64,000 nt of DNA from a virus (IMGVR_UViG_2565956686_000002:24656-88655); one strand, 5' to 3'. Shown: positions 9,961 through 19,330, counted from the first letter of the stretch. Translations and numbers: made by a program. The notes: a model not told the origin generated them from the sequence alone.

Positions 9961-10323
9961 ATGTTAGAAAAATTTATTCAATATTGTCATTCAAAACATG
10001 AAGGTTTGAGTGATTACTACATCACTCAGATATATAACAACATGCAAGAATTGTTATATGTTCAGTTTTTAGAAGTAGAATTGCAGACTCAATTAAAACT
10101 AAATGAAAGCTTGGAGCAAAAGCTGAGTCAAGATAGTCAAATACTTCACAACATTATTGATATGGAAACCAGAAAAACTCAGAAATTGCAGAATCGAATC
10201 AATCATGTAATGAGTTTATTTGGTTGCCAGCAGGTAGTTAATCCAAACGATATTATTGAAGCTTTAACAGGTGATATAGACCAATCACTTTGCGATGATG
10301 AGGTTTGCCATGAATCAGTTTGA
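9961..10323 (+). CDS. Phage coiled-coil hypothetical protein
   Basis: ORF starting immediately after upstream stop. Confidence 0.6.
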   Translation: MLEKFIQYCHSKHEGLSDYYITQIYNNMQELLYVQFLEVELQTQLKLNESLEQKLSQDSQILHNIIDMETRKTQKLQNRINHVMSLFGCQQVVNPNDIIEALTGDIDQSLCDDEVCHESV

Positions 10324-10750
10324 AATAGGAGAAAAAATTTTATATTTAGGTATTTATGGCAATGAGTTTAATTTAGTTGATGAGGTCATTGGTATTGAGG
10401 ACGATGAATATCTTAATAGAAAGAAATACATGATCAAAAATACTGAGTCTGGTGAAGTTATAAGTCAGTATGGTACCAACTACAGGAAAGCGACTAAAGA
10501 AGAAGTCGCCGTAGGGCATAGGTTAGAATCAAACAACGGTCAAGCAATAAGGGTTTGTAATTTAAATAACTATTCTCGAAAGTCTTTCACTATGGATAGA
10601 CAAATCAAGCAATCAAAAAATGAATCTTTGTTAGAGTATTTAAACAGATGTGAGGAACAAGTAAAGCGTTGGCCAAAGTGGAAAATCGAGAGCATTCGAG
10701 ATGCTTTTGGTCTCAACACAATTAAAGGAAAACAAGCTGGAACCATATAA
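10310..10750 (+). CDS. Phage accessory hypothetical protein
   Basis: GAGG RBS; FEIGEKI, RKATKEEVAVGHRL. Confidence 0.6.
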   Translation: MNQFEIGEKILYLGIYGNEFNLVDEVIGIEDDEYLNRKKYMIKNTESGEVISQYGTNYRKATKEEVAVGHRLESNNGQAIRVCNLNNYSRKSFTMDRQIKQSKNESLLEYLNRCEEQVKRWPKWKIESIRDAFGLNTIKGKQAGTI

Positions 10751-10778
10751 AATGTTAGAGCTAGGTATGGCGCAAAAT
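10738..10778 (+). promoter_or_regulatory. Putative late promoter (TGGAAC...CAAAAT)
   Basis: Repeated motif; hexamer ends 39 nt after first G; hairpin 10774-10805 covers RBS. Confidence 0.7.
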
Positions 10779-10808
10779 CACTCTATGTAAAAATAGGGTG
10801 ATTTTTTT

Positions 10809-13031
10809 ATGTCTAATTCAGCAAGTGGCTTACAGTATGATGAACTTGGGTTTCTTATTGGCCTGAAGCAAACAGGAAAAGACGTATCCAAAATTGATAA
10901 AAACGTGGAAGTAATCCGCGATATTTTAATTGGTTTGCACAAAGATATTGAGAACCAATATTCGCGACAAGAGAACCAACCAAAACCAAAATTAAGCGCG
11001 TTAGAACAAGCACTCATTGATGCCCAGATTAAACCAGCTGATTTTTCTGATCTAATCCGCGAACAGGCAAATCCTTTAGTTCAATCTTCACTAGCTTTAG
11101 ATCGAGTTGCTAAGTCTATTGAGGACTTAATAGCTGAATCAACTAAAACCGAAGATAGCAAACCACAGCCTAAAGCAAAGCCTAAACGCCGTGCGATTGA
11201 AATCAATAGCACTGAGGACGTTATAAGAGAATTTGGCAATACTGGTGAACGTCGACGTGATGCTAATGGGCGTTTCATAGGAGCTAATTCAGAACAATCA
11301 ACATTGGGTAAAGTTGCTCAAACGATTGGTACAGCGATTAAAGGTGTAATGCCTTCGAATCCCCAAGGTGTTGACCCTACACTTGACGCAATTAATGAAG
11401 TTGCGACTGTACTATCACCAGTAAAGCGAGCTGCTGGATTTATGCTACGTCCGCTTACTGGTTGGATGAAGTCACGCAAACGCAATGAACCCTTGCCTAA
11501 AGAACAAAGTGACCATAACCGTAAACAAGTAAAGTTACTTCAGCGAATTGCTGATAATTTGCAATCTAGGGGCGGTCTACTAGGTGGATTAGGAAAGCTA
11601 CTTGGTGCTGGTGGAGGTTTACTGGGGGGCCTTTTGGGTGGTCTACTTGGCAAGGGTAAAGGTTTAGGTAAAGGTCTAGCTAAAATCCTCAAATTTGGTA
11701 AAGGTTTACCTGTAATTGGTGCATTACTCACTGCTATGTCATTTAGTGATTGGGGTACTAAATCAACTAAAGAAAAGGGCGGTACTGTAGGTTCGGCTGT
11801 CGGTGGAGTTGCTGGTGGTGCGATAGGAAGTATCTTTGGTCCCGTTGGAACAATTGCAGGGGCTGCAATAGGTTCATGGGTGGGTGAGAAGCTAGGTGGT
11901 ATCGTTGCGCCGTATGTAAAAGAATGGACGGATTCTTTGATTGACGCTGATATACCGTCAATGATTTCAAATCTTGTAAAAGTTGCTTTGAAACTTACAC
12001 CTGCTGGAATGGCTAAGTCACTGTATGACTGGGGTAAAGAAAAATGGAATGAAAAATTTAATGGACAACCTAATCCAACTTACCTGTTAAGAAGCCAGTA
12101 TGGTGGGAAAGGTGAAAATGGTGGGGAACCAGTTAAGTTTGGAGCTGCTGCAAATAATACAAATAGCTCAGCTATTACGAAGATTGTGACTCCTAGAAGT
12201 GGTAGGTCAAATATAGTTGAATTAGCTGATGGTTCGGTGGTTAAGCGCACTGGTAATAGGAACTGGAGAAATAATAATCCTGGCAATATTGAATATGGCG
12301 AATTAGCAAAAAAATATGGAGCAATAGGTTCTGATGGTAGATTCGCAATTTTTCCAGATTATGATTCTGGTCGAAATGCAAAAGAGCATTTAATCTTTGA
12401 GAGTAACAGGGCAAAAAGTTTGTCTACTAGATTAGATTATGGGCAAGGCTTAGGATATAAAGATAAAACTTTAAAGCAAACAATAGCTTCATATGCGCCC
12501 ATTGAAGATAATAACGATACATTAAAATATCAACGGAATATATTGGCCGCGGTTGATGGACAAAATAAGAAAATGTCAGAATACTCTGCTGCGGATAGAA
12601 AAAAAATTATGGATGCAATGGAAAAAGAAGAAGGTTTTTCGATTGGGAAAACTCAGATAATCCAAAACGCAAAAGTAACACCTCAAAATAGTGTAATTTC
12701 AACCAAAAAGTCATCGCCATTAGCACATTCAGAGATTTCGAAAAATGCAGAATCAATCGTACAAAAGGCAAAAGACAATGTACCAGTATTGAATATGCAA
12801 TCTTCAATTAAACCTCTAGCTGCACGCACAAACACTTGGGAAGCTAGTTATAGACCTCCAAAAGTTGATACAAATGTGCTTCCAGCAAAAGAATTTTTAA
12901 CATCACCTACACCACAGGAGGTTATTGTTACCAATCAAAATAGTGGTAATATCAATCAAAATGTGAGCAATAGAATGTTAGCTCATGCGATTACAGGTGG
13001 ACTTGGGATGGGGGATAAATGGAACGGTTAA
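10809..13031 (+). CDS. Tape-measure/Sit-like virion protein with lysozyme-like domain
   Basis: Gly-rich membrane-like segments, RNWRNNNPGNIEYG motif, late promoter. Confidence 0.65.
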   Translation: MSNSASGLQYDELGFLIGLKQTGKDVSKIDKNVEVIRDILIGLHKDIENQYSRQENQPKPKLSALEQALIDAQIKPADFSDLIREQANPLVQSSLALDRVAKSIEDLIAESTKTEDSKPQPKAKPKRRAIEINSTEDVIREFGNTGERRRDANGRFIGANSEQSTLGKVAQTIGTAIKGVMPSNPQGVDPTLDAINEVATVLSPVKRAAGFMLRPLTGWMKSRKRNEPLPKEQSDHNRKQVKLLQRIADNLQSRGGLLGGLGKLLGAGGGLLGGLLGGLLGKGKGLGKGLAKILKFGKGLPVIGALLTAMSFSDWGTKSTKEKGGTVGSAVGGVAGGAIGSIFGPVGTIAGAAIGSWVGEKLGGIVAPYVKEWTDSLIDADIPSMISNLVKVALKLTPAGMAKSLYDWGKEKWNEKFNGQPNPTYLLRSQYGGKGENGGEPVKFGAAANNTNSSAITKIVTPRSGRSNIVELADGSVVKRTGNRNWRNNNPGNIEYGELAKKYGAIGSDGRFAIFPDYDSGRNAKEHLIFESNRAKSLSTRLDYGQGLGYKDKTLKQTIASYAPIEDNNDTLKYQRNILAAVDGQNKKMSEYSAADRKKIMDAMEKEEGFSIGKTQIIQNAKVTPQNSVISTKKSSPLAHSEISKNAESIVQKAKDNVPVLNMQSSIKPLAARTNTWEASYRPPKVDTNVLPAKEFLTSPTPQEVIVTNQNSGNINQNVSNRMLAHAITGGLGMGDKWNG

Positions 13032-13387
13032 TTTTAATAACTTTATCACTACTTTTTTATAGTACGGCTCAAGCCCAATATTTCAGCTTAAGTGGTGTGA
13101 TTAAAGAACAAATTGCACCACCTGAGCTAACTATTGACGAAAAACCACATAAATATTTGGGATTAGTTTTGGATAAACCAATCCCTATGAACGTATACAG
13201 TGAGGATACTGATGAAAAAAAACTATTTAAAAATGTGACAATAGTTCAAGTCGGATGGAAAGGAGATCTAATAAAGTTTAAAGGTAAGAAAGTAAATCTT
13301 TTATCACAAAACTGTATTAATTCACAAAGTGCACATATCTATACTGATGTTATGTGCGAAATTGAAAAAATTAATGTGATTAAATAA
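13019..13387 (+). CDS. Secreted protein, DUF4431-like
   Basis: Signal peptide ending AQA; LVLDKPI, KGKKV, AHIYTDV pattern. Confidence 0.55.
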   Translation: MERLILITLSLLFYSTAQAQYFSLSGVIKEQIAPPELTIDEKPHKYLGLVLDKPIPMNVYSEDTDEKKLFKNVTIVQVGWKGDLIKFKGKKVNLLSQNCINSQSAHIYTDVMCEIEKINVIK

Positions 13388-13426
13388 AATAATATTTGAC
13401 TTAAATTACATGGCTTTCTATGTAGT

Positions 13427-14602
13427 TTAAGTCAGCAATTGAATCTGTGAATCAAGATTTATAAATTGATTAAAAAAATCTTCATCTATTACTAAAGTCG
13501 CTTTTGTCTGTTGTACTTTTACACCTAATTTCGTTTCAATCATTCTTGCAACTATGTCCTCTCCATCAATCAAAATAATATTTTGATTTTTAAGATTTCT
13601 AGAGTATTTAATAGCTGCATTAGAAAACTTAGAAGTGGTCATAAATATTCCATTATTTGCATTATTACCTACCATTGCACCAACAAATGATTGAACGTCT
13701 GGACTTCCGATTGAAGTTTGATCATAACGTTTACACTGAATAAAGTGTTGTTCAAAACCTCCTATAGCTCTTCTTATTTTTACAATACCATCGACACCAC
13801 CATCACCTACTTTACCATTATGAGTAATCATATCTTTAATTTCATCAAATTCAGTTTTAGCGATACTAGCAATAAGATGCAAAGAGAATAATTCAAATTG
13901 AAATGGTGTGAGAGATTTTAATTTTACTAATAGTTCTTCATTTAATGTTTTTTTCGATTCTTCCAGTAAATTAACCAACTTCCTAATTTCTATCGCAATG
14001 CTAATTTTATCAATTGGGCTCAAATCACCTGAGTTAAACTGAGAGATTTTCGAAAATCTATCATAATTAGTTAAATTAAATGTAAGTCGATTATGAAGTT
14101 CACTAATAAAATCATTCAGTAAAGGATCACCTGATTTTCCATATAGTACAGTATTCAAGCTTTCTTCAAGCTCTAAATATTGTCCAATTTGGATTTCACG
14201 GCTATGAAAATTGAATTGATTGCAAGAATAATAAGAACTAAAAAAAACTATGAAATTATGATAATTTTTTAAAGCTTTTAGTCGTTGAAACGTTATCTCT
14301 TCTTGCAGTAAAAAGTTGATTTCTTCTATATTAGGTACGCGTCCACCACTTTCAGTAAAAGTAAATAGTTTTAAATACAGCATCCATTGATAACAAATTT
14401 CGTGAACAGCAGTAGGAATGTTATATATTTTTTTGCTAAATTTTGGCGGTTTTCCTTTTTTAATTTCAACTTTACTAAAGGAACCAAGTTTCTCGACAAT
14501 CTCTTCTAAAAAATAATATTCATTGTTATTGATGCTCAGAGTCTTTTTTAAAGCAATTGAGAACAATTCTGAGAAACTAGGTAAAGTCACGCTTCTATCC
14601 AA
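13427..14602 (-). CDS. mrr: Mrr-family restriction endonuclease (moron)
   Basis: C-terminal FELFSLHL...GDGGVDG...IQCKRY...VQSFVGAM...GIFMTTSKFS; opposite strand, AT-rich; start uncertain (TTG). Confidence 0.82.
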   Translation of the reverse strand: MDRSVTLPSFSELFSIALKKTLSINNNEYYFLEEIVEKLGSFSKVEIKKGKPPKFSKKIYNIPTAVHEICYQWMLYLKLFTFTESGGRVPNIEEINFLLQEEITFQRLKALKNYHNFIVFFSSYYSCNQFNFHSREIQIGQYLELEESLNTVLYGKSGDPLLNDFISELHNRLTFNLTNYDRFSKISQFNSGDLSPIDKISIAIEIRKLVNLLEESKKTLNEELLVKLKSLTPFQFELFSLHLIASIAKTEFDEIKDMITHNGKVGDGGVDGIVKIRRAIGGFEQHFIQCKRYDQTSIGSPDVQSFVGAMVGNNANNGIFMTTSKFSNAAIKYSRNLKNQNIILIDGEDIVARMIETKLGVKVQQTKATLVIDEDFFNQFINLDSQIQLLT

Positions 14603-14783
14603 ATTTTATATTAAAAAATTGATTATAATTCGATCTATGAAGTAGTACCATATTGATGTCTTATTTATCAGCCTATTTTTTCTTATAAGAAAGATATCTT
14701 GTTTATAGAATTTGAATGTTTAGCAATTCGATGAAAAGCAAAGCCTCTAAAAAGTAATGATATAAAATGAAACACTAAGTTGT

Positions 14784-14824
14784 TGGAACTTCTAAATTAA
14801 CAGTTTTTGATATTAAGTGAGAAT
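14784..14824 (+). promoter_or_regulatory. Putative late promoter (TGGAAC...GAGAAT)
   Basis: +39 spacing; 14-bp hairpin 14820-14850 before ATG 14854. Confidence 0.7.
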
Positions 14825-14853
14825 AGCTCTATATTTTATAGGGCTATTCTTAT

Positions 14854-16080
14854 ATGGGTACTTTAAACTTAACGGCAGTCACACCTGATACGCCGTATAT
14901 CAAAAAAATCAAATCAGCTTTGGAAAAGGCAACAGGTCAAAGCATTCCACTGGTTGAAATTAAAAAGGTTCAGCGTAAAGGTGGTGTAAGCGTTGTACCT
15001 ATCTTTTTCGTCTTTGCTGGTGGACAAGAGCTAACACTATTTGCTCGTGCAAGTGCAGATGTCTTCAAATCTGAATTGAACGGAAAAGAGATCGTTTTAC
15101 CAGGTGATTTCAGTGACGATTACCAACAGACTTTTGATAACGCCGTTTCTGGAATGGCTAAGTTGATTCGTGAATCACAAGCCAAAGTTGAGCAACTAAA
15201 CCAAAAAGAAAAGGTCAAATTGCCACCACGAAAAAATCGTAGTATCCAGCAGCAAATCAGTGATAAGCGCGAAGAAGAAACACAACTTGATCAAGAGTTA
15301 TCTAATCTGACAGCACAGCGTGATCAATTACTTGAGCAATTGAAGCAGGCAAAAGCACAAAAGGAGGGTGGTGAAGCCACTCAGGGAAAGCAGATAGCTG
15401 AGGGAAAATCCTCAGCTTTTGATTCAGTCGATTGGGATGAAGAACAGCACCCTAGAGATGAAAATGGGAAATTTAGTGTAAGATCAAGCCATTCTAAATC
15501 TTTGGATGCTTCTGTGACTGAAAAGCATTTTAAACAGCCAAGTGAAACCTTTAGCATTTATGACGCTGGTGTGCCATTAATGGAGCCTGATACTTCAACA
15601 CCACTGAAAAAAGCAATTATTGATGTGGAAAATGGGATTAGAAATAATGAATTAGAAACAGGCGCTGCTTTCAATTCAGATGGTGTGATTTTGTTTAAAA
15701 GACAAGGATTGCCTGATCAGGTTACTTTAACTGATCATGAGTTAAGTTTATTGAATAATGCAGTTTTTAGTCACAATCACCCTAAAGGCATGCCTTTTTC
15801 TATTGCTGATATTCGTATGGCGATTACATATAACATCAAGGAAATACGCGCGGTAACACCATATTTGAGATATTCCATGTATCCTAAGAATCAATGGTGT
15901 AGTAAAGCTGCATTAATTGCTACAATTAATGATGTGAGTTTAGATGCTAATAAATTTGTAAATGAACAAGTACGGCTAGGCGAAATCAATCCTCAATTTG
16001 CAGAAGCAGAATATTTGCACTATATTTGGGTTAAGGTGGCTGATCGCCTAAACTTGAATTATGGGAGAGAGCGATCATGA
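14854..16080 (+). CDS. hdf: Hdf-like (DarA_N) head protein fused to JAB/MPN-like domain
   Basis: N-terminal DarA_N-like region and coiled coil; WDEEQHPRDENGKF; C-terminal E...SHNHPKGMPFSIADI. Confidence 0.65.
   Translation: MGTLNLTAVTPDTPYIKKIKSALEKATGQSIPLVEIKKVQRKGGVSVVPIFFVFAGGQELTLFARASADVFKSELNGKEIVLPGDFSDDYQQTFDNAVSGMAKLIRESQAKVEQLNQKEKVKLPPRKNRSIQQQISDKREEETQLDQELSNLTAQRDQLLEQLKQAKAQKEGGEATQGKQIAEGKSSAFDSVDWDEEQHPRDENGKFSVRSSHSKSLDASVTEKHFKQPSETFSIYDAGVPLMEPDTSTPLKKAIIDVENGIRNNELETGAAFNSDGVILFKRQGLPDQVTLTDHELSLLNNAVFSHNHPKGMPFSIADIRMAITYNIKEIRAVTPYLRYSMYPKNQWCSKAALIATINDVSLDANKFVNEQVRLGEINPQFAEAEYLHYIWVKVADRLNLNYGRERS
15384..15417 (+). other. Putative -1 ribosomal frameshift signal
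   Basis: In-frame G-GGA-AAG, 5-nt spacer, stem AGCTGAGG/CCTCAGCT; -1 frame stop at 15399-15401. Confidence 0.6.
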
Positions 16081-16280
16081 TGACTCATGAACAAATTGAA
16101 AAACTCTATGAACAACGCAATCAGGAGTTAAAAAAACAGGGTTTTGCTGCTGAGTTTGATGGGCCTGTATCAGAAGCAATTCAAGAAGATTTACTTTCAG
16201 ATTTTCGCAAGGACTTAGCCAAAACACTTGCAAGTATGCTAAGTGAGGGTGTTAGTTTGGGAAAGCCTGTCCAACGGTAA
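16077..16280 (+). CDS. Small hypothetical protein, possibly extended to 16360 by -1 frameshift
   Basis: ATGA coupling; in-frame G-GGA-AAG at 16259-16265. Confidence 0.6.
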   Translation: MMTHEQIEKLYEQRNQELKKQGFAAEFDGPVSEAIQEDLLSDFRKDLAKTLASMLSEGVSLGKPVQR

Positions 16281-16384
16281 AAGTTCTAACCAAGTCAGAG
16301 ATCGAATCATTGCGTCAAAACAAACGTGAAGCTCATGCAATTATGATGCAACTTAACTAACAAAAAATTAAACTAATTCTTTCA

Positions 16385-16412
16385 AAAAAAGGCTACTTCG
16401 GTAGTCTTTTTT
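16385..16412 (+). terminator. Intrinsic terminator
   Basis: AAGGCTAC-TTCG-GTAGTCTT plus T tract. Confidence 0.8.
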
Positions 16413-16414
16413 AT

Positions 16415-16455
16415 TGGAACAAGAATAAAAATTAGTAGCTCTGAAGCAATAACCT
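16415..16455 (+). promoter_or_regulatory. Putative late promoter (TGGAAC; -10 atypical)
   Basis: TTGGAAC directly after terminator, upstream of baseplate operon. Confidence 0.5.
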
Positions 16456-16479
16456 AAACATAAAGCTTTGGAGTCAGCC

Positions 16480-16845
16480 ATGTATCTTAATTATCAATCT
16501 GTGATTGTCGATATTTTCATTATTACTTCATTCATTTTGCACGTATTTCTAGCATTTGGCAGCATTAAAACAATGTCTGGACCTTTATCAGCTTTGTTAA
16601 ATAAGGGTGTTACGGATGTAATTTTTAAGAAAGTAAAACGATTGATTTTTGGTTTGTCATTTCTCTGTTTTTGTCTTTCTTGTCTTGTTACTTGGCGAAG
16701 CTATGAATTGCTTTTATTCCTGAATGTGAATGGCTATGGACTTTATATTCTTTTAAGCACTTTTTTACTCTATAGCTTTGCAATTTTAGCAGCATTCACT
16801 TTCTGTAAATTGTTGTTGATGACAGCACAAAGGTCAGGCTTATGA
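16480..16845 (+). CDS. Membrane protein (about 3 TM helices)
   Basis: Hydrophobic segments; GGAG RBS. Confidence 0.65.
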   Translation: MYLNYQSVIVDIFIITSFILHVFLAFGSIKTMSGPLSALLNKGVTDVIFKKVKRLIFGLSFLCFCLSCLVTWRSYELLLFLNVNGYGLYILLSTFLLYSFAILAAFTFCKLLLMTAQRSGL

Positions 16846-17180
16846 TCGATTACAACAAAATCTTAGCAATGATTGCGCATTGGTTAGAGTCAGAGATCAA
16901 TGGATATATTGGTTCAGATTATGGCCCAGACTTTAATAGCTTATTTTTAGCACCACTCAGCGCACCAGTCGCCAATACCTTTATTCAAAAAATGAAAAAC
17001 GATATTCCAATCCTAAAACAGTTAAGCGCAGATCAATTTCAGATGTGGGCACAAGACGAAGGTTTTGAGACCAAAATTATCTATTTAAGAATTGGTCAAC
17101 AGATCGTAATTAATTTAAATGAAGTGCGCGAGAAGCAATTAGCGCGAAATGGAGAAACCTTCGATGTTGACGCAAGCTGA
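16842..17180 (+). CDS. Baseplate wedge protein (gp25/PmgA-like)
   Basis: WL....NGYIGSDYG motif, precedes baseplate J-like gene. Confidence 0.55.
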   Translation: MIDYNKILAMIAHWLESEINGYIGSDYGPDFNSLFLAPLSAPVANTFIQKMKNDIPILKQLSADQFQMWAQDEGFETKIIYLRIGQQIVINLNEVREKQLARNGETFDVDAS

Positions 17181-18606
17181 TTTTGAAGCACGATTGATTG
17201 CCAATATAGATGATTTTGAAATACTGGAACGGTATAACGCACAAGATCCAATCGTCCTAAAGTTCTTACGCTCTTTAGGTGCATATCTAGCATTATTCGG
17301 TCAAGAATTTGAAATCTCAGAACTTGAACCATTTGTAAAAACTCGTGATCGTTCAGTTATAGCGGATGCGACGAATAAGGGTATTCTACCTATTGGGATG
17401 CCAACACAGCATATTTTGGAGGTTATCAATCGATCAGCGAATAGTATTACACTCAGCCAAGGACGATTAATTGAGGACAATAGTGGTGGGCGGTATTGGA
17501 GATTATTACAACCAGTCACAGTTCAAGCTGGGTCTACTGGGGAAGTAACAGTAGAACAAAGTGAATACAGAGAAGTGCAATACACCGTCGCAAATTCAGA
17601 GACTTTTCATCGTGTCGAACTAAAGTTGCAAGATGATCTGGCATTAGCTGGATTGACTGTTCGTGATAATACAAATCAGAACTATATTCAAAAAAAACGT
17701 TGGATGAATGTAGCACCTTTGGAATATGCATTTAATCTTACAACGGACAGCCTACGCCGTATATTTATTGAGTTTGGGGATGATGACAGAGCAGGTCGAA
17801 CAGCTGCAGCAAACCAGACGTTTACTTTTGGTATTCTTGAGACCTATGGTGACGTTGACGTTTCAAGGCTAAAAGATGCCTCCTTAGCTGAGGTTTTAAC
17901 TTTAGATGAAACTAAAGTATCAGTACGTTTTAAACAAGGAGCTGTAGTTCGGCAAGGTGCAGACCCACTTAATATTTCACAGTTAAAAGTGCTTTCGACA
18001 TATCCTGCACTCTATGATGAAAATGCAGTTTTCTTAGGTAATTTTGATTACTTAGTACGGCAAAAGTATATGGCCCGATGCCACTATATCGCCGTATGGA
18101 ATGAGAACGAACAGAATCGATATTACGGTGTTACTTACCAAGATATTAACCATTTACATATCGCCATAGTTGCAAAGAATAATTTAGAGCAAGCAAGCTT
18201 AGAGCAAGAAATCATTCAATATATTGGTCAACTTGATAGTCTTTATAAAGAGAGAGTACGTGTTCATATCGTGGAAGAAAAACCATTTATTATCACTCTT
18301 AATGGCCGTTTAGCTTCTGTACATGACTTAGATGGAGTGAAAAGCCAGATTAAAGGGTTATTGATTGAACGCTATGGTCGGACGCAATTAAGATCAAATC
18401 GTTGGTTAATGAATGGCTTTAATACACAAGAAATTTCTACACAACTCAGAAAAAATATTGTCGCCTTTCAAGATAACATTAGTGATTTCTCTGTAAATGT
18501 TCCAAAGATTTTGAATAAACCACATGAATGGGTCTTTGTTACTAATGAGAGTATTACACTTAATATTGAGCGAACAGCAGAGACAGGTGAAGCATGGTTC
18601 CTGTAA
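17164..18606 (+). CDS. Baseplate wedge subunit (J/BplA-like)
   Basis: IEFGDDDRAG motif, GADP, size and context. Confidence 0.7.
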   Translation: MLTQADFEARLIANIDDFEILERYNAQDPIVLKFLRSLGAYLALFGQEFEISELEPFVKTRDRSVIADATNKGILPIGMPTQHILEVINRSANSITLSQGRLIEDNSGGRYWRLLQPVTVQAGSTGEVTVEQSEYREVQYTVANSETFHRVELKLQDDLALAGLTVRDNTNQNYIQKKRWMNVAPLEYAFNLTTDSLRRIFIEFGDDDRAGRTAAANQTFTFGILETYGDVDVSRLKDASLAEVLTLDETKVSVRFKQGAVVRQGADPLNISQLKVLSTYPALYDENAVFLGNFDYLVRQKYMARCHYIAVWNENEQNRYYGVTYQDINHLHIAIVAKNNLEQASLEQEIIQYIGQLDSLYKERVRVHIVEEKPFIITLNGRLASVHDLDGVKSQIKGLLIERYGRTQLRSNRWLMNGFNTQEISTQLRKNIVAFQDNISDFSVNVPKILNKPHEWVFVTNESITLNIERTAETGEAWFL

Positions 18607-19229
18607 GTTTTACTCGACCAATTGATGAGCAGCCAAACAACCACACAGGCTTAGAAACAGCAATGTCAAAGGCTTTTAAACAGGTCTTTGCAGACGTTTA
18701 TCAGCAAAGATTACAGGATGTTTTGGACTATGGAGCGCCACATTTAGGCAGTCGAACGGTTGTAGATCGTTTTACAAAAAAGGACGGATTAGTAGTTTTG
18801 CGCCGTCCAATTACTTCAGATACGTTAATGCAAGTGATTTATGCGAATTGGTCAAGTTTGGCAAGTGAGCGTGGATTAGGGTTCCTTGAATTTGTATTGA
18901 GAATGATCTGGACAGATAGATGGCAAATAAAAAGAATGTGGCATCCAATTAATTTAATTAATAGCTACCCGTTGTATTTAACTGATGAAGAAAAACCTGA
19001 TCATTTTCTAACTAGCCGTATTCAAATATCAATTGATGATTCAATAGAGCTTTCTGAAATTATTGAATTGTCACCAATTTTAAGAAGATTAGTACCAGCT
19101 AATATTGTAGTAAAAGTGATTGCAACAGGATTAGAAACAGACCTAGAAAGTCATACGGACCTAAGCATAGCTGTAATTGGCAAAAGCTATTTGATTTATG
19201 ATGAAAGTGATGGGATAACACAAAATTAA
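18594..19229 (+). CDS. Baseplate wedge subunit (I-like)
   Basis: RGLGFLEFVL and RLVPANIV motifs, follows J-like gene. Confidence 0.55.
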   Translation: MVPVSFTRPIDEQPNNHTGLETAMSKAFKQVFADVYQQRLQDVLDYGAPHLGSRTVVDRFTKKDGLVVLRRPITSDTLMQVIYANWSSLASERGLGFLEFVLRMIWTDRWQIKRMWHPINLINSYPLYLTDEEKPDHFLTSRIQISIDDSIELSEIIELSPILRRLVPANIVVKVIATGLETDLESHTDLSIAVIGKSYLIYDESDGITQN

Positions 19230-19244
19230 TTGTCCATTAATAAT

Positions 19245-19322
19245 TGGAACTCAAGAAAATGAAGTTCACCTAACAATGTTTTTATGTATTTGTTTGATGA
19301 AACAACATAAACCATTGTTAGG
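19245..19322 (+). promoter_or_regulatory. Putative late promoter plus long RBS-occluding hairpin
   Basis: TTGGAAC; CCTAACAATG (19269) pairs with CATTGTTAGG (ends 19322). Confidence 0.5.
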
Positions 19323-19330
19323 ATTTATAC

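Noticed and set aside
11570-11900. GGT-rich repeats in the tape-measure-like gene
   Set aside because: Explained by Gly-Leu-rich coding sequence typical of tape measures
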